Shown here piece after piece: positions 38,576 through 49,160 of a stretch of DNA of 58,167 bases. The notes below the pieces were generated by a model that ran no database searches, was not told where the DNA came from, and saw only the letters and a program-made list of their open reading frames with translations. The first letter of the stretch is position 1. Each line of letters opens with the position of its first letter. This DNA is from Candidatus Enterousia sp. (GTDB lineage: Bacteria; Pseudomonadota; Alphaproteobacteria; Rs-D84): contig JAZRJG010000022.1 in NCBI GenBank assembly GCA_045645725.1, positions 1-58,167 on the forward strand, read 5' to 3'. A program made the position numbers and the translations under genes.

Positions 38576-39046
38576 ATGGACGATTTAACACTGTACAAAA
38601 TTTTATCAGCACTGGAAAATTCGGGTTTTCACAATCCGGGGATTGACTTGGCGAACAGAACAATAGTCGTCGAAGACCCAACCTGTATCGCACGTACATT
38701 TGAATCTTTTTTGAATGTTGCATGGATTGCAATATTGGTAATTGCCGGCGTTTTATTGTTCGGGTGGGCAATATCATTGATACGTGGTGCAAAAAATGAT
38801 TTGTTTACCAATATGCGCAATTTAATGTTCATTTTCTTAATCTTGGCTGCAATATTGCCAATGGTCAAAAATTACTTGCTTGAAAATGCGTGTGTGAAAA
38901 TAACCGCAGATTTAGATGAAGTAATTCAGTTATCAGAGCAACGTCAACGGGCATTACAAAACCGCGGCGACAATGGTACATTTGAGATATTAGATATCCA
39001 AGACACCGGATTACAAATCGAATTAGAACCAGAAATCGCAGAATAA
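38576..39046 (+). CDS. Two-TM hypothetical membrane protein
   Basis: Hydrophobic hairpin AWIAILVIAGVLLFGWAISLI / LMFIFLILAAILP. Confidence 0.7.
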   Translation: MDDLTLYKILSALENSGFHNPGIDLANRTIVVEDPTCIARTFESFLNVAWIAILVIAGVLLFGWAISLIRGAKNDLFTNMRNLMFIFLILAAILPMVKNYLLENACVKITADLDEVIQLSEQRQRALQNRGDNGTFEILDIQDTGLQIELEPEIAE

Positions 39047-39072
39047 ACAAATCCCCATAAGTATGGGGATTT

Positions 39073-39777
39073 TTATTTGTAAAAAAATGACGACTTGTTT
39101 AACCATGCACTGGCACGAATATCATGAACAATACCCGTTGACGTCACAACATAATGCGTCCATAACCCGATATTAAATTCGTTCAATTTCTTCTCTATGG
39201 CTTCGGTCAAAGCGACGTCTTCGGTGGAAAAAGAATTATCCGACAATGGATGATTGTGCACCAACACAACGTTAATCGCATTTAATGCCAATGCGCGACG
39301 TAAAATTTCGCGCGGATAGACATCGGAATAATCAATTGTGCCACGGCTGTGTAATTCATCGTCCAACAGACGCATTTCATTGCCAAAATACAAAACATGA
39401 AATTCTTCGACCGGTTTGCCAACAACCAAACGACGACAATATTCTTGTAAAACAACCGGATTTAATAATGATTGACCACGGTCAACGCGTTCGCGATACG
39501 ATACCAACATTAATTCCGATACCAAACGTATTAATAATGCCGTATTGTGCCCAACACCATTAACACGCACCAAATCTTCATAGGGTGCAGTTAAAACAAA
39601 ATACACACCGCCGAATTGATTTATTAACGCGCGTGCCAATGGCCGAACATCACGACGCGGAATCGCATAGGTTAACAATAATTCCAATTTTTCATAACTG
39701 GTTAATTTATCGTCTTGTAATTTCTGTTTTAACCGTTCACGATGACCGGCATAAAACATTTTATCCGCATCCGCCAT
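39073..39777 (-). CDS. radC: RadC/UPF0758 JAB-domain protein
   Basis: GHRERL, ELLL..AIPRRDV, GTID...YPREI, HNHP...S..D. Confidence 0.9.
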   Translation of the reverse strand: MADADKMFYAGHRERLKQKLQDDKLTSYEKLELLLTYAIPRRDVRPLARALINQFGGVYFVLTAPYEDLVRVNGVGHNTALLIRLVSELMLVSYRERVDRGQSLLNPVVLQEYCRRLVVGKPVEEFHVLYFGNEMRLLDDELHSRGTIDYSDVYPREILRRALALNAINVVLVHNHPLSDNSFSTEDVALTEAIEKKLNEFNIGLWTHYVVTSTGIVHDIRASAWLNKSSFFYK

Positions 39778-39785
39778 CGCACCAA

Positions 39786-40547
39786 TTATACCATTTTTTC
39801 TGTGAAAATTATTGCACCGTCTTCGGTTATGCCAATCGTATGTTCCCATTGGGCCGACAGGCCACCATCGACCGTTCGTGCCGTCCATCCATCATCATCA
39901 ATCTTGCATTCGGCAGAACCGGTATTAATCATAGGTTCAATCGTGAACACCAAACCAGGGACCATTTTTACTTTATCCCATTGTTTATCATAAAAATGGT
40001 AAATTTGGGGGTCGTCGTGCATTACTTTGCCAATACCGTGCCCCACAAAATCGCGCGAGATAGAAAAACCATGCGGCAACACAACAGATTCAATCGTTTT
40101 ACCAATTTCAGATAATGGCACCCCAGGGGCGCATACAGATATAGCCGCGTTTAAGGCGTCTTGACATACATTAACCAATTTACGCGCCTGATTTGAAACA
40201 TTGCCAATCATAAACATACGGGATGCGTCGCCATGAAAACCTTTGTATTCTGCGGTTAAATCAACGTTTACAATATCGCCATCTTTTAAGATAACTTCAT
40301 CACTGGGGATGCCGTGCACAATAACATCATTAACAGATGTACAAATATGCTTTGGATATCCTTGGTACCCCAAATCGGATGAACGCGCCCCATTTTCTTT
40401 TAAGAATTGCGCAACCATGCGGTCGATTTCACCCGTGGAAATTCCTGCACGAATATGTGGTGATATAAAATCAAAGCAACGCGCAACCAAATCGCCCGCC
40501 GCACGCAGACGTTTGAAATCTTTGGGTGCATAAACAGATGGCATCAT
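39786..40547 (-). CDS. map: Methionine aminopeptidase type I
   Basis: CTSVND..VHGIP, GDIVNVD, HGIG..HDDP, FTIEPMIN, SAQWEHT. Confidence 0.97.
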   Translation of the reverse strand: MMPSVYAPKDFKRLRAAGDLVARCFDFISPHIRAGISTGEIDRMVAQFLKENGARSSDLGYQGYPKHICTSVNDVIVHGIPSDEVILKDGDIVNVDLTAEYKGFHGDASRMFMIGNVSNQARKLVNVCQDALNAAISVCAPGVPLSEIGKTIESVVLPHGFSISRDFVGHGIGKVMHDDPQIYHFYDKQWDKVKMVPGLVFTIEPMINTGSAECKIDDDGWTARTVDGGLSAQWEHTIGITEDGAIIFTEKMV

Positions 40548-40549
40548 GA

Positions 40550-41539
40550 TTAATTCCTTTTTCTTATTGCCAATTTCGCAGAACGGACCGATAACTTTAA
40601 CGCAAAGTCACGTAATAAAACCTCGGACGGCATACCCGTTGTGCGCAATTGACGTTCCAATTCATTCAAGCGGATTAATACCGCCGTGATTTCACGTTCC
40701 GGCCATATACGCATGGCCTGTTTGAATTTCTCTTCTACTTTCCAGAACAAGCGCGGCAGATGACCATCAACAACGGCCGTTTGTAAACGCTTGAAATGCA
40801 TGTCCAACATACGAACCAACATATTTGGTTCTTTGTTGTCATAAAATAACCGGTCCAATGCCGTCATAGTTTGCTGAATATGACCGGCGGTCAAAGAAAA
40901 CAAAAAATCATCCATATCTGCGGCACCGGTGTCGGGCAAACACTTTTCAACGTCGGATAATTCAACCACACGTTTGTCATGGACGTATAATGCGATTTTG
41001 TTCAAAAAACTGCGCGTAATGCCGCGGTCGCCACCAAGATGAGTCGTCATATACGTCATGGCATCGGGCGTAATCTGGGCAATACCAGATGCCGCGGACA
41101 GTTCATTGCGTATCAAATTTGCCAATGTGCGCGCGTCGTCGGTGTAACACGGCAAAGCCGCCATATCTTCTGCGCTTTCAAATAAAGAACGCAGACCACC
41201 ACCCGCACGCAAATCGCCCGCCGCAACCACAACCGTTGCACATAAACCGGTATGGGTTACCAATTCTTCTACAGATTTGGCACATGCGTCGCCCGCGTTG
41301 GATATCAAAACCATTTTTTGACCACCGAACATAGATGGGCTGCACGCTTCGGCAAACAGGGCATCTTGTTTTTCACGCAATTCGTCGGAATCCAGTGCAA
41401 ACAAATTGTCTTTTTCAATCCCCAATGTAGAAACCGCCAAGTCACAGTATTCGTCAACCTGACCCGCGTCGGGACCATATATCAAAACCGCACGAATTTT
41501 GCCAATACCGGACTTAAAATCAGCATCTTTCCATTTCAT
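40550..41539 (-). CDS. holA: DNA polymerase III delta subunit
   Basis: LIYGPDAG, SMFGG, CY.DD, LGGDR; follows lptE. Confidence 0.9.
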   Translation of the reverse strand: MKWKDADFKSGIGKIRAVLIYGPDAGQVDEYCDLAVSTLGIEKDNLFALDSDELREKQDALFAEACSPSMFGGQKMVLISNAGDACAKSVEELVTHTGLCATVVVAAGDLRAGGGLRSLFESAEDMAALPCYTDDARTLANLIRNELSAASGIAQITPDAMTYMTTHLGGDRGITRSFLNKIALYVHDKRVVELSDVEKCLPDTGAADMDDFLFSLTAGHIQQTMTALDRLFYDNKEPNMLVRMLDMHFKRLQTAVVDGHLPRLFWKVEEKFKQAMRIWPEREITAVLIRLNELERQLRTTGMPSEVLLRDFALKLSVRSAKLAIRKRN

Positions 41540-42024
41540 TATTTCTGGGCCCCTGCCCCATTGTTAGAATAACGATAGGTTTCGGCAATAACACGTGTAC
41601 CAATCTTGTCCGCCAGTACACGGATAGTATTTTGAACCGCATTGTTATACGACGCATTTGACGCAACCAGATAACGTACAAATGTGTAAGATTCGGCCGC
41701 ACTTTCGGTGCCGGTCGCAATCTGATTGCCGTTGTGCGACAATGTGTAATCCGCAGTTAATGAAATCTGTTGCCATGTGGCGTCACCGGTGCGCTCCAAC
41801 GCTTTGTATTGTGTGACAGGTTCACTTAAATTTACAGTCAATGTGTATGTGGCACCCGCATCACGTTGCCCACCAAAACGCCCCCACAGCGCATTACGTA
41901 AATCTATGCCGTTTATACCACTGATTGGGGATACATAAATATCAGTGTCATTTCCAGAAAACATCGGTGTAAAACCACACCCACCAATAATTAACATTGC
42001 GCAAATTAATATAAATTTTCTCAT
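41539..42024 (-). CDS. lptE: LPS-assembly lipoprotein
   Basis: Lipobox GGCGFTPM; lptE-holA synteny. Confidence 0.85.
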   Translation of the reverse strand: MRKFILICAMLIIGGCGFTPMFSGNDTDIYVSPISGINGIDLRNALWGRFGGQRDAGATYTLTVNLSEPVTQYKALERTGDATWQQISLTADYTLSHNGNQIATGTESAAESYTFVRYLVASNASYNNAVQNTIRVLADKIGTRVIAETYRYSNNGAGAQK

Positions 42025-42093
42025 GATAATGTCGTATTTCCTGTTGCAATTTATTCGTATATTACATAGAATTTTTATAAATCGCAAGGGGGG

Positions 42094-43338
42094 ATGATGA
42101 ATATTTTTATCATGATTTTGTTCGCAATGTTGATGGCGGGATATTACATTATCAGCAGCCCCAACCAATACATCGAAAAGCACGATACACAATATGCAAT
42201 CACTATGTCGGATTTGCGGACGGTGGCACAATGTGCAACCGCAATGCATAACGCGCAAATTAATGGCACACAATTCCAAGATATCTGTACAGAACAATAT
42301 AATGTTCGCAGCCAATTTATATGCTTAGATAAAAAATTCAAAGTAACACCATGTGACGCAACATCAAAAAAAAATCAACCGACGGCGAACTTTATCGTAA
42401 CCGCAACCGTTGCGTTGGATGCAGAATCACACAATAAAATCATGGAGATTTTGGAACAAAACTATGCCGAAGCCGGAACGTTCGGATTAATGCAGGAAAA
42501 CAAAATTATGTCCGGCGGAACAACATCTAAACCGACCGTACCCGCCGCAATCATCGAAGAAATGGAATTAACCGATGGACAATTGGTTTATTTAACCCAA
42601 TACGAAACCCCAGATGTCGGAAACATTGTTGCACCAAATGCAGAGGTCAATATAATTTGCCCCCCAGGATCGGCAAAAACATACCGATTTGGTCGTTGGC
42701 AGTGTATCGCATATAATTATCAAACAAACTGCGCGGGGGATATGATATGGGATTCGGACACTTTGCAATGCGTGCCAGACGATTCCAGAAAACCACTGTG
42801 CGCCGACAAACAAACCGCAATTATCGTGGATGACGTTTGGGAATGTGTTGACCCATTTTTGGAAAAACAGTGCCCAAACAATATGATTGCACGATTGAAT
42901 TACAACACTTTGGAATGGGAATGCGTGGTTGATCCGTCAAAAACACCGGACGCAAAGAAATGTGAAAAAGTGATACGCAAAGCCGTCCAAGGTGGCATGG
43001 GGACAACACTGCGTGTGCCACAGACATCGTGCACAGATTGCGAAAAAGAAGTGTTAAACACCGATACCTGTGAAAGCACATGTGTGCCCGACCCAACCAA
43101 AATAACCAATCCGGCATGCTATCCATCGTGGGCAATAGAATGCAGTGGCGCGGGCCGTGCGTTTTACTTTGGGTTTCCAAATAAAAAATATGCGACAGCA
43201 ATTCCAGAGTTGGAAAATATCGATATACCGTTTGATGCCGCACATTCACAAAATCGCAGGTTTAATTGTTTGGATTGTGGATTGGGGGAAATTGATACAG
43301 AAAAATCAAAACCGCCATATACAGCGGTATGCAAATAA
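42094..43338 (+). CDS. Membrane-anchored Cys-rich surface protein
   Basis: N-terminal TM; repeated W(Q/E)C / CVPD units in the C-terminal half. Confidence 0.75.
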   Translation: MMNIFIMILFAMLMAGYYIISSPNQYIEKHDTQYAITMSDLRTVAQCATAMHNAQINGTQFQDICTEQYNVRSQFICLDKKFKVTPCDATSKKNQPTANFIVTATVALDAESHNKIMEILEQNYAEAGTFGLMQENKIMSGGTTSKPTVPAAIIEEMELTDGQLVYLTQYETPDVGNIVAPNAEVNIICPPGSAKTYRFGRWQCIAYNYQTNCAGDMIWDSDTLQCVPDDSRKPLCADKQTAIIVDDVWECVDPFLEKQCPNNMIARLNYNTLEWECVVDPSKTPDAKKCEKVIRKAVQGGMGTTLRVPQTSCTDCEKEVLNTDTCESTCVPDPTKITNPACYPSWAIECSGAGRAFYFGFPNKKYATAIPELENIDIPFDAAHSQNRRFNCLDCGLGEIDTEKSKPPYTAVCK

Positions 43339-43365
43339 AAATCCCCAATTGGGGATTTTTTTTAA

Positions 43366-44067
43366 CTAATCACGCCAAATGACCGATGGGAATATCGATT
43401 CTATTTCCGTACGTAATTGTGTGTCGGAAAAAATTGCATCACGCATGGCCGGTGTTGTTTTATGTGCGTCGTCTTCAAAATGCGGGATATATTTTTGCAC
43501 CGCCAGATTTTTAACCCCACGCGCCGCCAAGATTTTTGATATTTCACGCAAATCATTTTTATCAATATAACGCGGATCACAGGTTACACGTACTTCGTAA
43601 CCTTTGCCGGTTGACAACCATACATCCAACGAACGTAACATATTGTCATATGCAATATTTTGCCCCGTTAAATCCGGATATTTTTCACGAGTCGCTTTGA
43701 AATCCAATCCAACCCAATCCACAACGTCCGATGCGCGCGATAAAGTTTCGGGATAAAAGCCATTGGTATGCAAACCAATCTGAAATCCCAATTCACGTAC
43801 ACGGCGCATATATTCAATCGCCACGTCGCCTTGCATTAACGCTTCGCCACCAGAAAATACGACGGCCTCTAATTTCCCGACGCGCGATTGCAACCATTCA
43901 AACACGCGTTCGGGGTCATATTCACCATCACCAACACATAATAAATGGGGATTGGAACAATATGCACACCGCAAAGGACATCCAACCAAGAACAGCACAC
44001 ACGCCAATTTTGTCGGATAATCAATTGTGGTGAACGAAACCAATCCCCCAATTTGAATTTCACGCAT
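43366..44067 (-). CDS. nrdG: Anaerobic RNR activating radical-SAM enzyme
   Basis: TTIDYP, GCPLRCAYCSNP (CxxxCxxC), FSGGE, LHTNG. Confidence 0.92.
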   Translation of the reverse strand: MREIQIGGLVSFTTIDYPTKLACVLFLVGCPLRCAYCSNPHLLCVGDGEYDPERVFEWLQSRVGKLEAVVFSGGEALMQGDVAIEYMRRVRELGFQIGLHTNGFYPETLSRASDVVDWVGLDFKATREKYPDLTGQNIAYDNMLRSLDVWLSTGKGYEVRVTCDPRYIDKNDLREISKILAARGVKNLAVQKYIPHFEDDAHKTTPAMRDAIFSDTQLRTEIESIFPSVIWRD

Positions 44068-44071
44068 AATA

Positions 44072-44254
44072 TTATGCCGCACGCTTTAATAATTCACAAT
44101 GACGTTGACCCGCAGATAAACAATTTGCTTCGGTAAATGTTTTACGTTCACTGAATTCAGAAAATTTACCAATGTTAAAGTTTTTTACAGGACGAATAAA
44201 GCCCATTGAACGTGAAAAAACTTCGCATTGTGTTCTGTTGCAATTTGTTGTCAT
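44072..44254 (-). CDS. Stand-alone NrdD glycyl-radical domain (60 aa)
   Basis: CEVFSRSMGFIRPV..FN.GK.SEF.ER; own GGAAGGAG SD. Confidence 0.85.
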   Translation of the reverse strand: MTTNCNRTQCEVFSRSMGFIRPVKNFNIGKFSEFSERKTFTEANCLSAGQRHCELLKRAA

Positions 44255-44288
44255 ATCTGTCTCCTTCCCTTGTTTTTTATTTATGACG

Positions 44289-46325
44289 TTATTGTTCGTT
44301 TGTGTCCGTGTTCGCCGCGTTTTCCGCATCGCATTTCGGACAAAATTCGTGTTTACCCGGCAAATATCCATGCTTTGGACATATCGAGAACGTTGGTGTC
44401 AATGTCATATATGGCACTTTATAGTTTTCAAATATCGTACGCACGATTTTCTGGGCCGCGTCACCCGAAGATACAGGTTCGCCCATGTACAGGTGCAACA
44501 TTGTACCGCCGGTATATTTGCGTTGTAATTCTTCTTGGTGTTCCAAGGCGACAAATGGGTCGTCTGTAAAGTTCACCGGTAACTGGGTTGAATTGGTGTA
44601 ATATGGCGCATCTTTGGTGCCAGCCGTGATAATATCCGGAAAGTTTTTAACGTCCGTTTTGGCAAAACGATACGAACAACCTTCGGCTGGTGTTGCCTCA
44701 AGATTATACAAATTACCCGTTTGTTCTTGGAAATTCGCCAAGTTTTCACGGATAAAGTCCATTACATCCAATACCAATTTTTTACCCATTGGGGTCGCAA
44801 TATTTTCGCGATCGCCCGTGAAATTGCGAACCATTTCGTTTGCACCGTTCACACCAATGGTTGAAAAGTGATGATTCCAATCGCCCAAATAACGGCGTGT
44901 AAATGGATACAAACCACGTTGCATATTCTTGGATATAATGTCGCGTTTGATTTCCAATGCATCACGCCCCAAATCCAGCAAACGTTTCAATTCTGTAAAT
45001 AAACCTTCACGATTGCCACGATGGATGTAACCCAAACGTGCCAAATTGATTGTGATAACCCCGATTGATCCCGTCTTTTCCGCAGAACCAAACAGACCGC
45101 CACCACGTTTCAACAATTCACGAACATCCAAACGTAAACGACAGCACATAGAACGCACGTCGGTTGGATTCAAATCAGAATTCAAGAAATTCTGGAAATT
45201 TGGAATACCGTATTTTGCAGCCAAATCAAATAATGGTTTTACATTTGGGTGTTCCCATGGGAAATCAGGTGTGATGTTATATGTTGGGATTGGGAATGTA
45301 AATGGACGTCCCAATGCATCGCCTTCGGTCATGACCTCTAAGAAAGCGCGATTAATCATATCCATTTCTGCCTGAAGGTCGCCATATGTAAAGTTAACCT
45401 GTTCGCGACCAATAAATGGGCGTTGATTTTTCAAATCGTTCGGACATGTCCAATCAAATGTAAAGTTAATAAATGGTGTTTGGGTGCCCCAACGACATGG
45501 AACCGCACAATTGAATATCAATGTCTGCATGGCGTTTTTTACATCGGCATATGATAAATTATCAATACGCACATATGGTGCCAAATATGTATCAACAGAC
45601 GAGAACGCTTGGGCGCCGGCAAATTCGTTCTGTAACGTGCCCAAGAAATTCACCATATGAGAAATAGCCGTTGCCATGTGGCGCGCAGGTTCGCATTGCA
45701 AATAACCTTCAACGCCATTGAATCCTTCGTATAACAATTCACGTAATGACCAACCCGCACAATATCCCGTCAGCCAACCCAAATCATGAACATGAATTGC
45801 CGCGGTCTTATGGGCTTCAGCAACCGCCCGCGGATACAGGTTTAACCAATATTCCGCGGTTACGCGTTCGCTGGTACGCAATATCAAGCCACCGATGGAA
45901 TAGCCGACATTTGCATTTTCTTTGATGCGCCAATTCGAGCCACCGACATAACCTTCGATAACTTCGACCGCATCAACCATAGATTCGCGGATTTCTGTGC
46001 GTTTTTGACGGTAAATAATATATGCCTCGGCCGTTTTATAGGCGCGGGCATCCATCAAAGAACGTACAACAACATCTTGGATTTCTTCGACCTTTGGTGT
46101 TTTGTCGGCGAATCTGTCATCCAATCGTTTTAATACATCTTGGGTAATCTTGACGACTTCGACATCCGATATTTCGGCCGTGACGGCGACCGCTTTCTTG
46201 ATGGCTTCGTATATCTTTCTGACATCAAAAGGTACGGTTTCGCCGCTGCGCTTTTGCACGGCAACCAAACGTGTCGTTAATGTTGGTGTGATTTGAATTT
46301 GAACTTCGTTTTGTGTTTCTGACAT
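44289..46325 (-). CDS. nrdD: Class III ribonucleoside-triphosphate reductase, catalytic chain
   Basis: ATP cone (VQKRSG...FD..KI, VEEIQD), YCAGW, RSMCCRL, EATPAEG, YTGGT, CPKH/CPKC Zn site; lacks the Gly-radical tail. Confidence 0.93.
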   Translation of the reverse strand: MSETQNEVQIQITPTLTTRLVAVQKRSGETVPFDVRKIYEAIKKAVAVTAEISDVEVVKITQDVLKRLDDRFADKTPKVEEIQDVVVRSLMDARAYKTAEAYIIYRQKRTEIRESMVDAVEVIEGYVGGSNWRIKENANVGYSIGGLILRTSERVTAEYWLNLYPRAVAEAHKTAAIHVHDLGWLTGYCAGWSLRELLYEGFNGVEGYLQCEPARHMATAISHMVNFLGTLQNEFAGAQAFSSVDTYLAPYVRIDNLSYADVKNAMQTLIFNCAVPCRWGTQTPFINFTFDWTCPNDLKNQRPFIGREQVNFTYGDLQAEMDMINRAFLEVMTEGDALGRPFTFPIPTYNITPDFPWEHPNVKPLFDLAAKYGIPNFQNFLNSDLNPTDVRSMCCRLRLDVRELLKRGGGLFGSAEKTGSIGVITINLARLGYIHRGNREGLFTELKRLLDLGRDALEIKRDIISKNMQRGLYPFTRRYLGDWNHHFSTIGVNGANEMVRNFTGDRENIATPMGKKLVLDVMDFIRENLANFQEQTGNLYNLEATPAEGCSYRFAKTDVKNFPDIITAGTKDAPYYTNSTQLPVNFTDDPFVALEHQEELQRKYTGGTMLHLYMGEPVSSGDAAQKIVRTIFENYKVPYMTLTPTFSICPKHGYLPGKHEFCPKCDAENAANTDTNEQ

Positions 46326-46349
46326 CTTATAACTCCAATCCTTGTAAAA

Positions 46350-46625
46350 ACACAACATATAGTGGTTGTTTGTTCGTTTCGATATCAATATATAGTTTTG
46401 CATAAAAACTATCAATCTATAAAAGTGCAAAAAAAATTATTTTTTGCTTTACTTTTAAAAATCCAGATATTCCGCATTGTACAGCCATAAAACAGAATCG
46501 GTAAATCAGCACGAAATATGTGTTTGTGTCAATATTTGATAACTTTGGCCATAGGAAATGATTCGTTTTTTATACAAAACACAAAATATAGTAATTGATT
46601 CGAACGAATTTACTATATCTGGTAT
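46350..46625. promoter_or_regulatory. Two tandem pairs of NrdR boxes
   Basis: ACACAACATATAGTGG (46350), TATCAATATATAGTTT (46383), ACACAAAATATAGTAA (46579), TTACTATATCTGGTAT (46610) match acaCwAtATaTwGtg with 31-33 bp spacing. Confidence 0.75.
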
Positions 46626-46754
46626 CCGACAAATAGCCACCAAACAAGAACAAATCCCTATTATTCGGTTGTATTTAATAATAAAAACGGCTATATTCAA
46701 TATAACCATATCATGGTGATATGGTGTTAAGTATAATCAAAAAAGAGCATAAAT

Positions 46755-48344
46755 ATGATTGCTAAAAACATATATGAAATGCTGCAAGATGTATGTTCGC
46801 GTAACAAAGACCGTATTTTCTTTGTGCGCCAGAACGAAACATATGCAGATTTGTTACAAAAGGTAAAACAACGTGCCGTTTTATTGGCAAAACGTTTTGG
46901 TATTAAAAAAGGCGATACCGTTGCAATTTTGTCGGGTAATACACCGGACTTTTTGCGTTCTTACTTTGCAATTACGTCTTTGGGCGCACGCGCTTTGATG
47001 TTGGATACAGGTTTGAACACCAACGAACACATCAATATGATGAAACGCACAGATTGTAAATTGGCTTTGGCACAAAAAAGTATGTTTATCGAAAACGCAC
47101 CGGCCGAAATGTTTGATATTGAAAATATCGACGATACGGACGAATCTGAATTCGTTATGGGCGATACAGAACGTGGCGATATCGCACAGTTATCATTTAC
47201 ATCGGGTTCAACCGGCAATCCAAAGGTCGTGGGGTTGACACACGATAATCTGTTGTCGTTGGCAAATGGTGCACAATTCTATAAAGATGTGATTTTGCCG
47301 GGGTATACTTTCTATGGATTTTTGCCACTGTATCATATATATGGTGTGGTAATTAATATTATCGTGCCGGTCGCATTACAGGGTAAATTGTTATTACAGC
47401 CGGTATTAAAGCCACAAGAATTTATCAAGGACTTTAAACAATATAAACCCGAAGTTATACCCGCCGTGCCACGTATTTGGGAAGTGTTCTATAAGAAAAT
47501 TGTAGATTCGGCCAAGGACAAACACGTGTGGACTTTGATGCGCGTAATCGTATCTATGCGTAAGGTACTGCGTGCAATTGGGTTGGGCAAATTGGTCGAA
47601 AAAGTTACCAAGCCCGTTCATGACGCATTCGGCGGAAATACAAAAGTATTGGTTTCGGCCGGCGCGACATTAAAGCCATCTATCCGTAAATTCTATGAAA
47701 AAATGGGATTTGTGGTTGGCGATTGCTATGGATTGACCGAAACAACGGGGCCTGCGAACTTTAACTTTGCGTTCCGTCGTTCAAATGGTTCTATGTACTA
47801 TGCGGGACCTTTGCCGGGGAACGAAATACAAATTCACAATCCGGATAAAAATGGCGTTGGTGAAATTTGGGTGCGCGGCAATATGGTTATGACAGGTTAT
47901 TTGGAAAACGATGCCGCCAATGCCGAAGCATTTGAAAACGGATGGTTCAAAACGGGCGACATCGGTTGCTTGGACAAATATGGTCGTTTACAGGTAAAAG
48001 GCCGCCAAAAACAAGTCATCGTTTTGGACAGCGGTAAAAACGTATATCCAGACGAATTGGAAGACCTGTATATGCAAAACGACGAAATCTTGAATGCTGC
48101 GGTGTTTGAATACGTGATAAAAGATAAAATTGTGCCTTTTGCCGTGTTCCAAGTTAAACCGGGGGTAACCGTGGATCGGGTGGCATTTTTGTTGAAAAAA
48201 TCAAATATGGCAATCGCCCAATATAAATGGGTAAAGCATTTCGCCATTACCGAAGAAGAATTGCCATCAACGTCGGCCAAGAAGGTAAAACACTTTGCCG
48301 TTCGTGACTTGTTAAACCACGGCGCATTCACACGTTCAGAATAA
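46755..48344 (+). CDS. Long-chain acyl-CoA synthetase (AMP-binding)
   Basis: FTSGSTGNPK, LPLYHIYG, YGLTET, WFKTGDIG, GKNVYP. Confidence 0.9.
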   Translation: MIAKNIYEMLQDVCSRNKDRIFFVRQNETYADLLQKVKQRAVLLAKRFGIKKGDTVAILSGNTPDFLRSYFAITSLGARALMLDTGLNTNEHINMMKRTDCKLALAQKSMFIENAPAEMFDIENIDDTDESEFVMGDTERGDIAQLSFTSGSTGNPKVVGLTHDNLLSLANGAQFYKDVILPGYTFYGFLPLYHIYGVVINIIVPVALQGKLLLQPVLKPQEFIKDFKQYKPEVIPAVPRIWEVFYKKIVDSAKDKHVWTLMRVIVSMRKVLRAIGLGKLVEKVTKPVHDAFGGNTKVLVSAGATLKPSIRKFYEKMGFVVGDCYGLTETTGPANFNFAFRRSNGSMYYAGPLPGNEIQIHNPDKNGVGEIWVRGNMVMTGYLENDAANAEAFENGWFKTGDIGCLDKYGRLQVKGRQKQVIVLDSGKNVYPDELEDLYMQNDEILNAAVFEYVIKDKIVPFAVFQVKPGVTVDRVAFLLKKSNMAIAQYKWVKHFAITEEELPSTSAKKVKHFAVRDLLNHGAFTRSE

Positions 48345-48462
48345 CCGTTGTTGCAAAACACAATAAAGACAGGGATTTTTTTACGAAATCCCTGTCTTTG
48401 CATCTTGACAAATATATTTTTGTGTACTATATAGTACTGTGTAAGTTATCGGGGGATATAAA

Positions 48463-49038
48463 ATGAGCAATAAAAAAACACTTGATATAACTGTGTTCCA
48501 TATATTGAAATCAGTTATGGACGCAAAGGCAAAAAAATTAAATGACACTATACGTGCCGGCGCAGATGCCGAACACGAACACAAATTAATGCGCGATCAT
48601 ATTTCGCACCTGCAAAGTTATGCCAGTCAAAACAGTCGTTTTGACCCGTCCGAAGCGCAGGATGCCGAAGAATTGATTGAATCATATGAATACCAAATGA
48701 AGGGTATTGGTAAAAAAATCCAAAGCGCAGCCGCTGCTCGTGCACAGATGCCACATGTTGCACAATTTAATAAAACATATGCTTTGGTATGTGCCACCGC
48801 CCAAGCCAAGGGTCGCATAGCCGCATTAAATGCCGAACGCGAAGAAATTGAAGCACGTATGGACTTTGTTTCAAAACGTATTGAATCGTGTGAAATTAAT
48901 ATAACAACAGACGGATACAGCGATGATGTTGCCACCCAAGCCCGTCGCGCATTAGATTGTTATATGACAGAATACGAACAATTGGCGCAACATTTACAAC
49001 GCATAAATAAATCGTTACAAGAATATAAAACCAGATAA
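48463..49038 (+). CDS. Hypothetical helical/coiled-coil protein
   Basis: 191-aa ORF with GGGGG SD and TTGACA promoter-like sequence upstream. Confidence 0.7.
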   Translation: MSNKKTLDITVFHILKSVMDAKAKKLNDTIRAGADAEHEHKLMRDHISHLQSYASQNSRFDPSEAQDAEELIESYEYQMKGIGKKIQSAAAARAQMPHVAQFNKTYALVCATAQAKGRIAALNAEREEIEARMDFVSKRIESCEINITTDGYSDDVATQARRALDCYMTEYEQLAQHLQRINKSLQEYKTR

Positions 49039-49160
49039 AGTTCCCCCAAAAAATCCCGCCAACCGGCGGGATTATTTTTATGTTGAACAAGATGCGATTA
49101 CGAACCCGATGCCATACGACGGTAATAAAAAAACACCCCTTTGGGGTGCTTTTTTATTAC

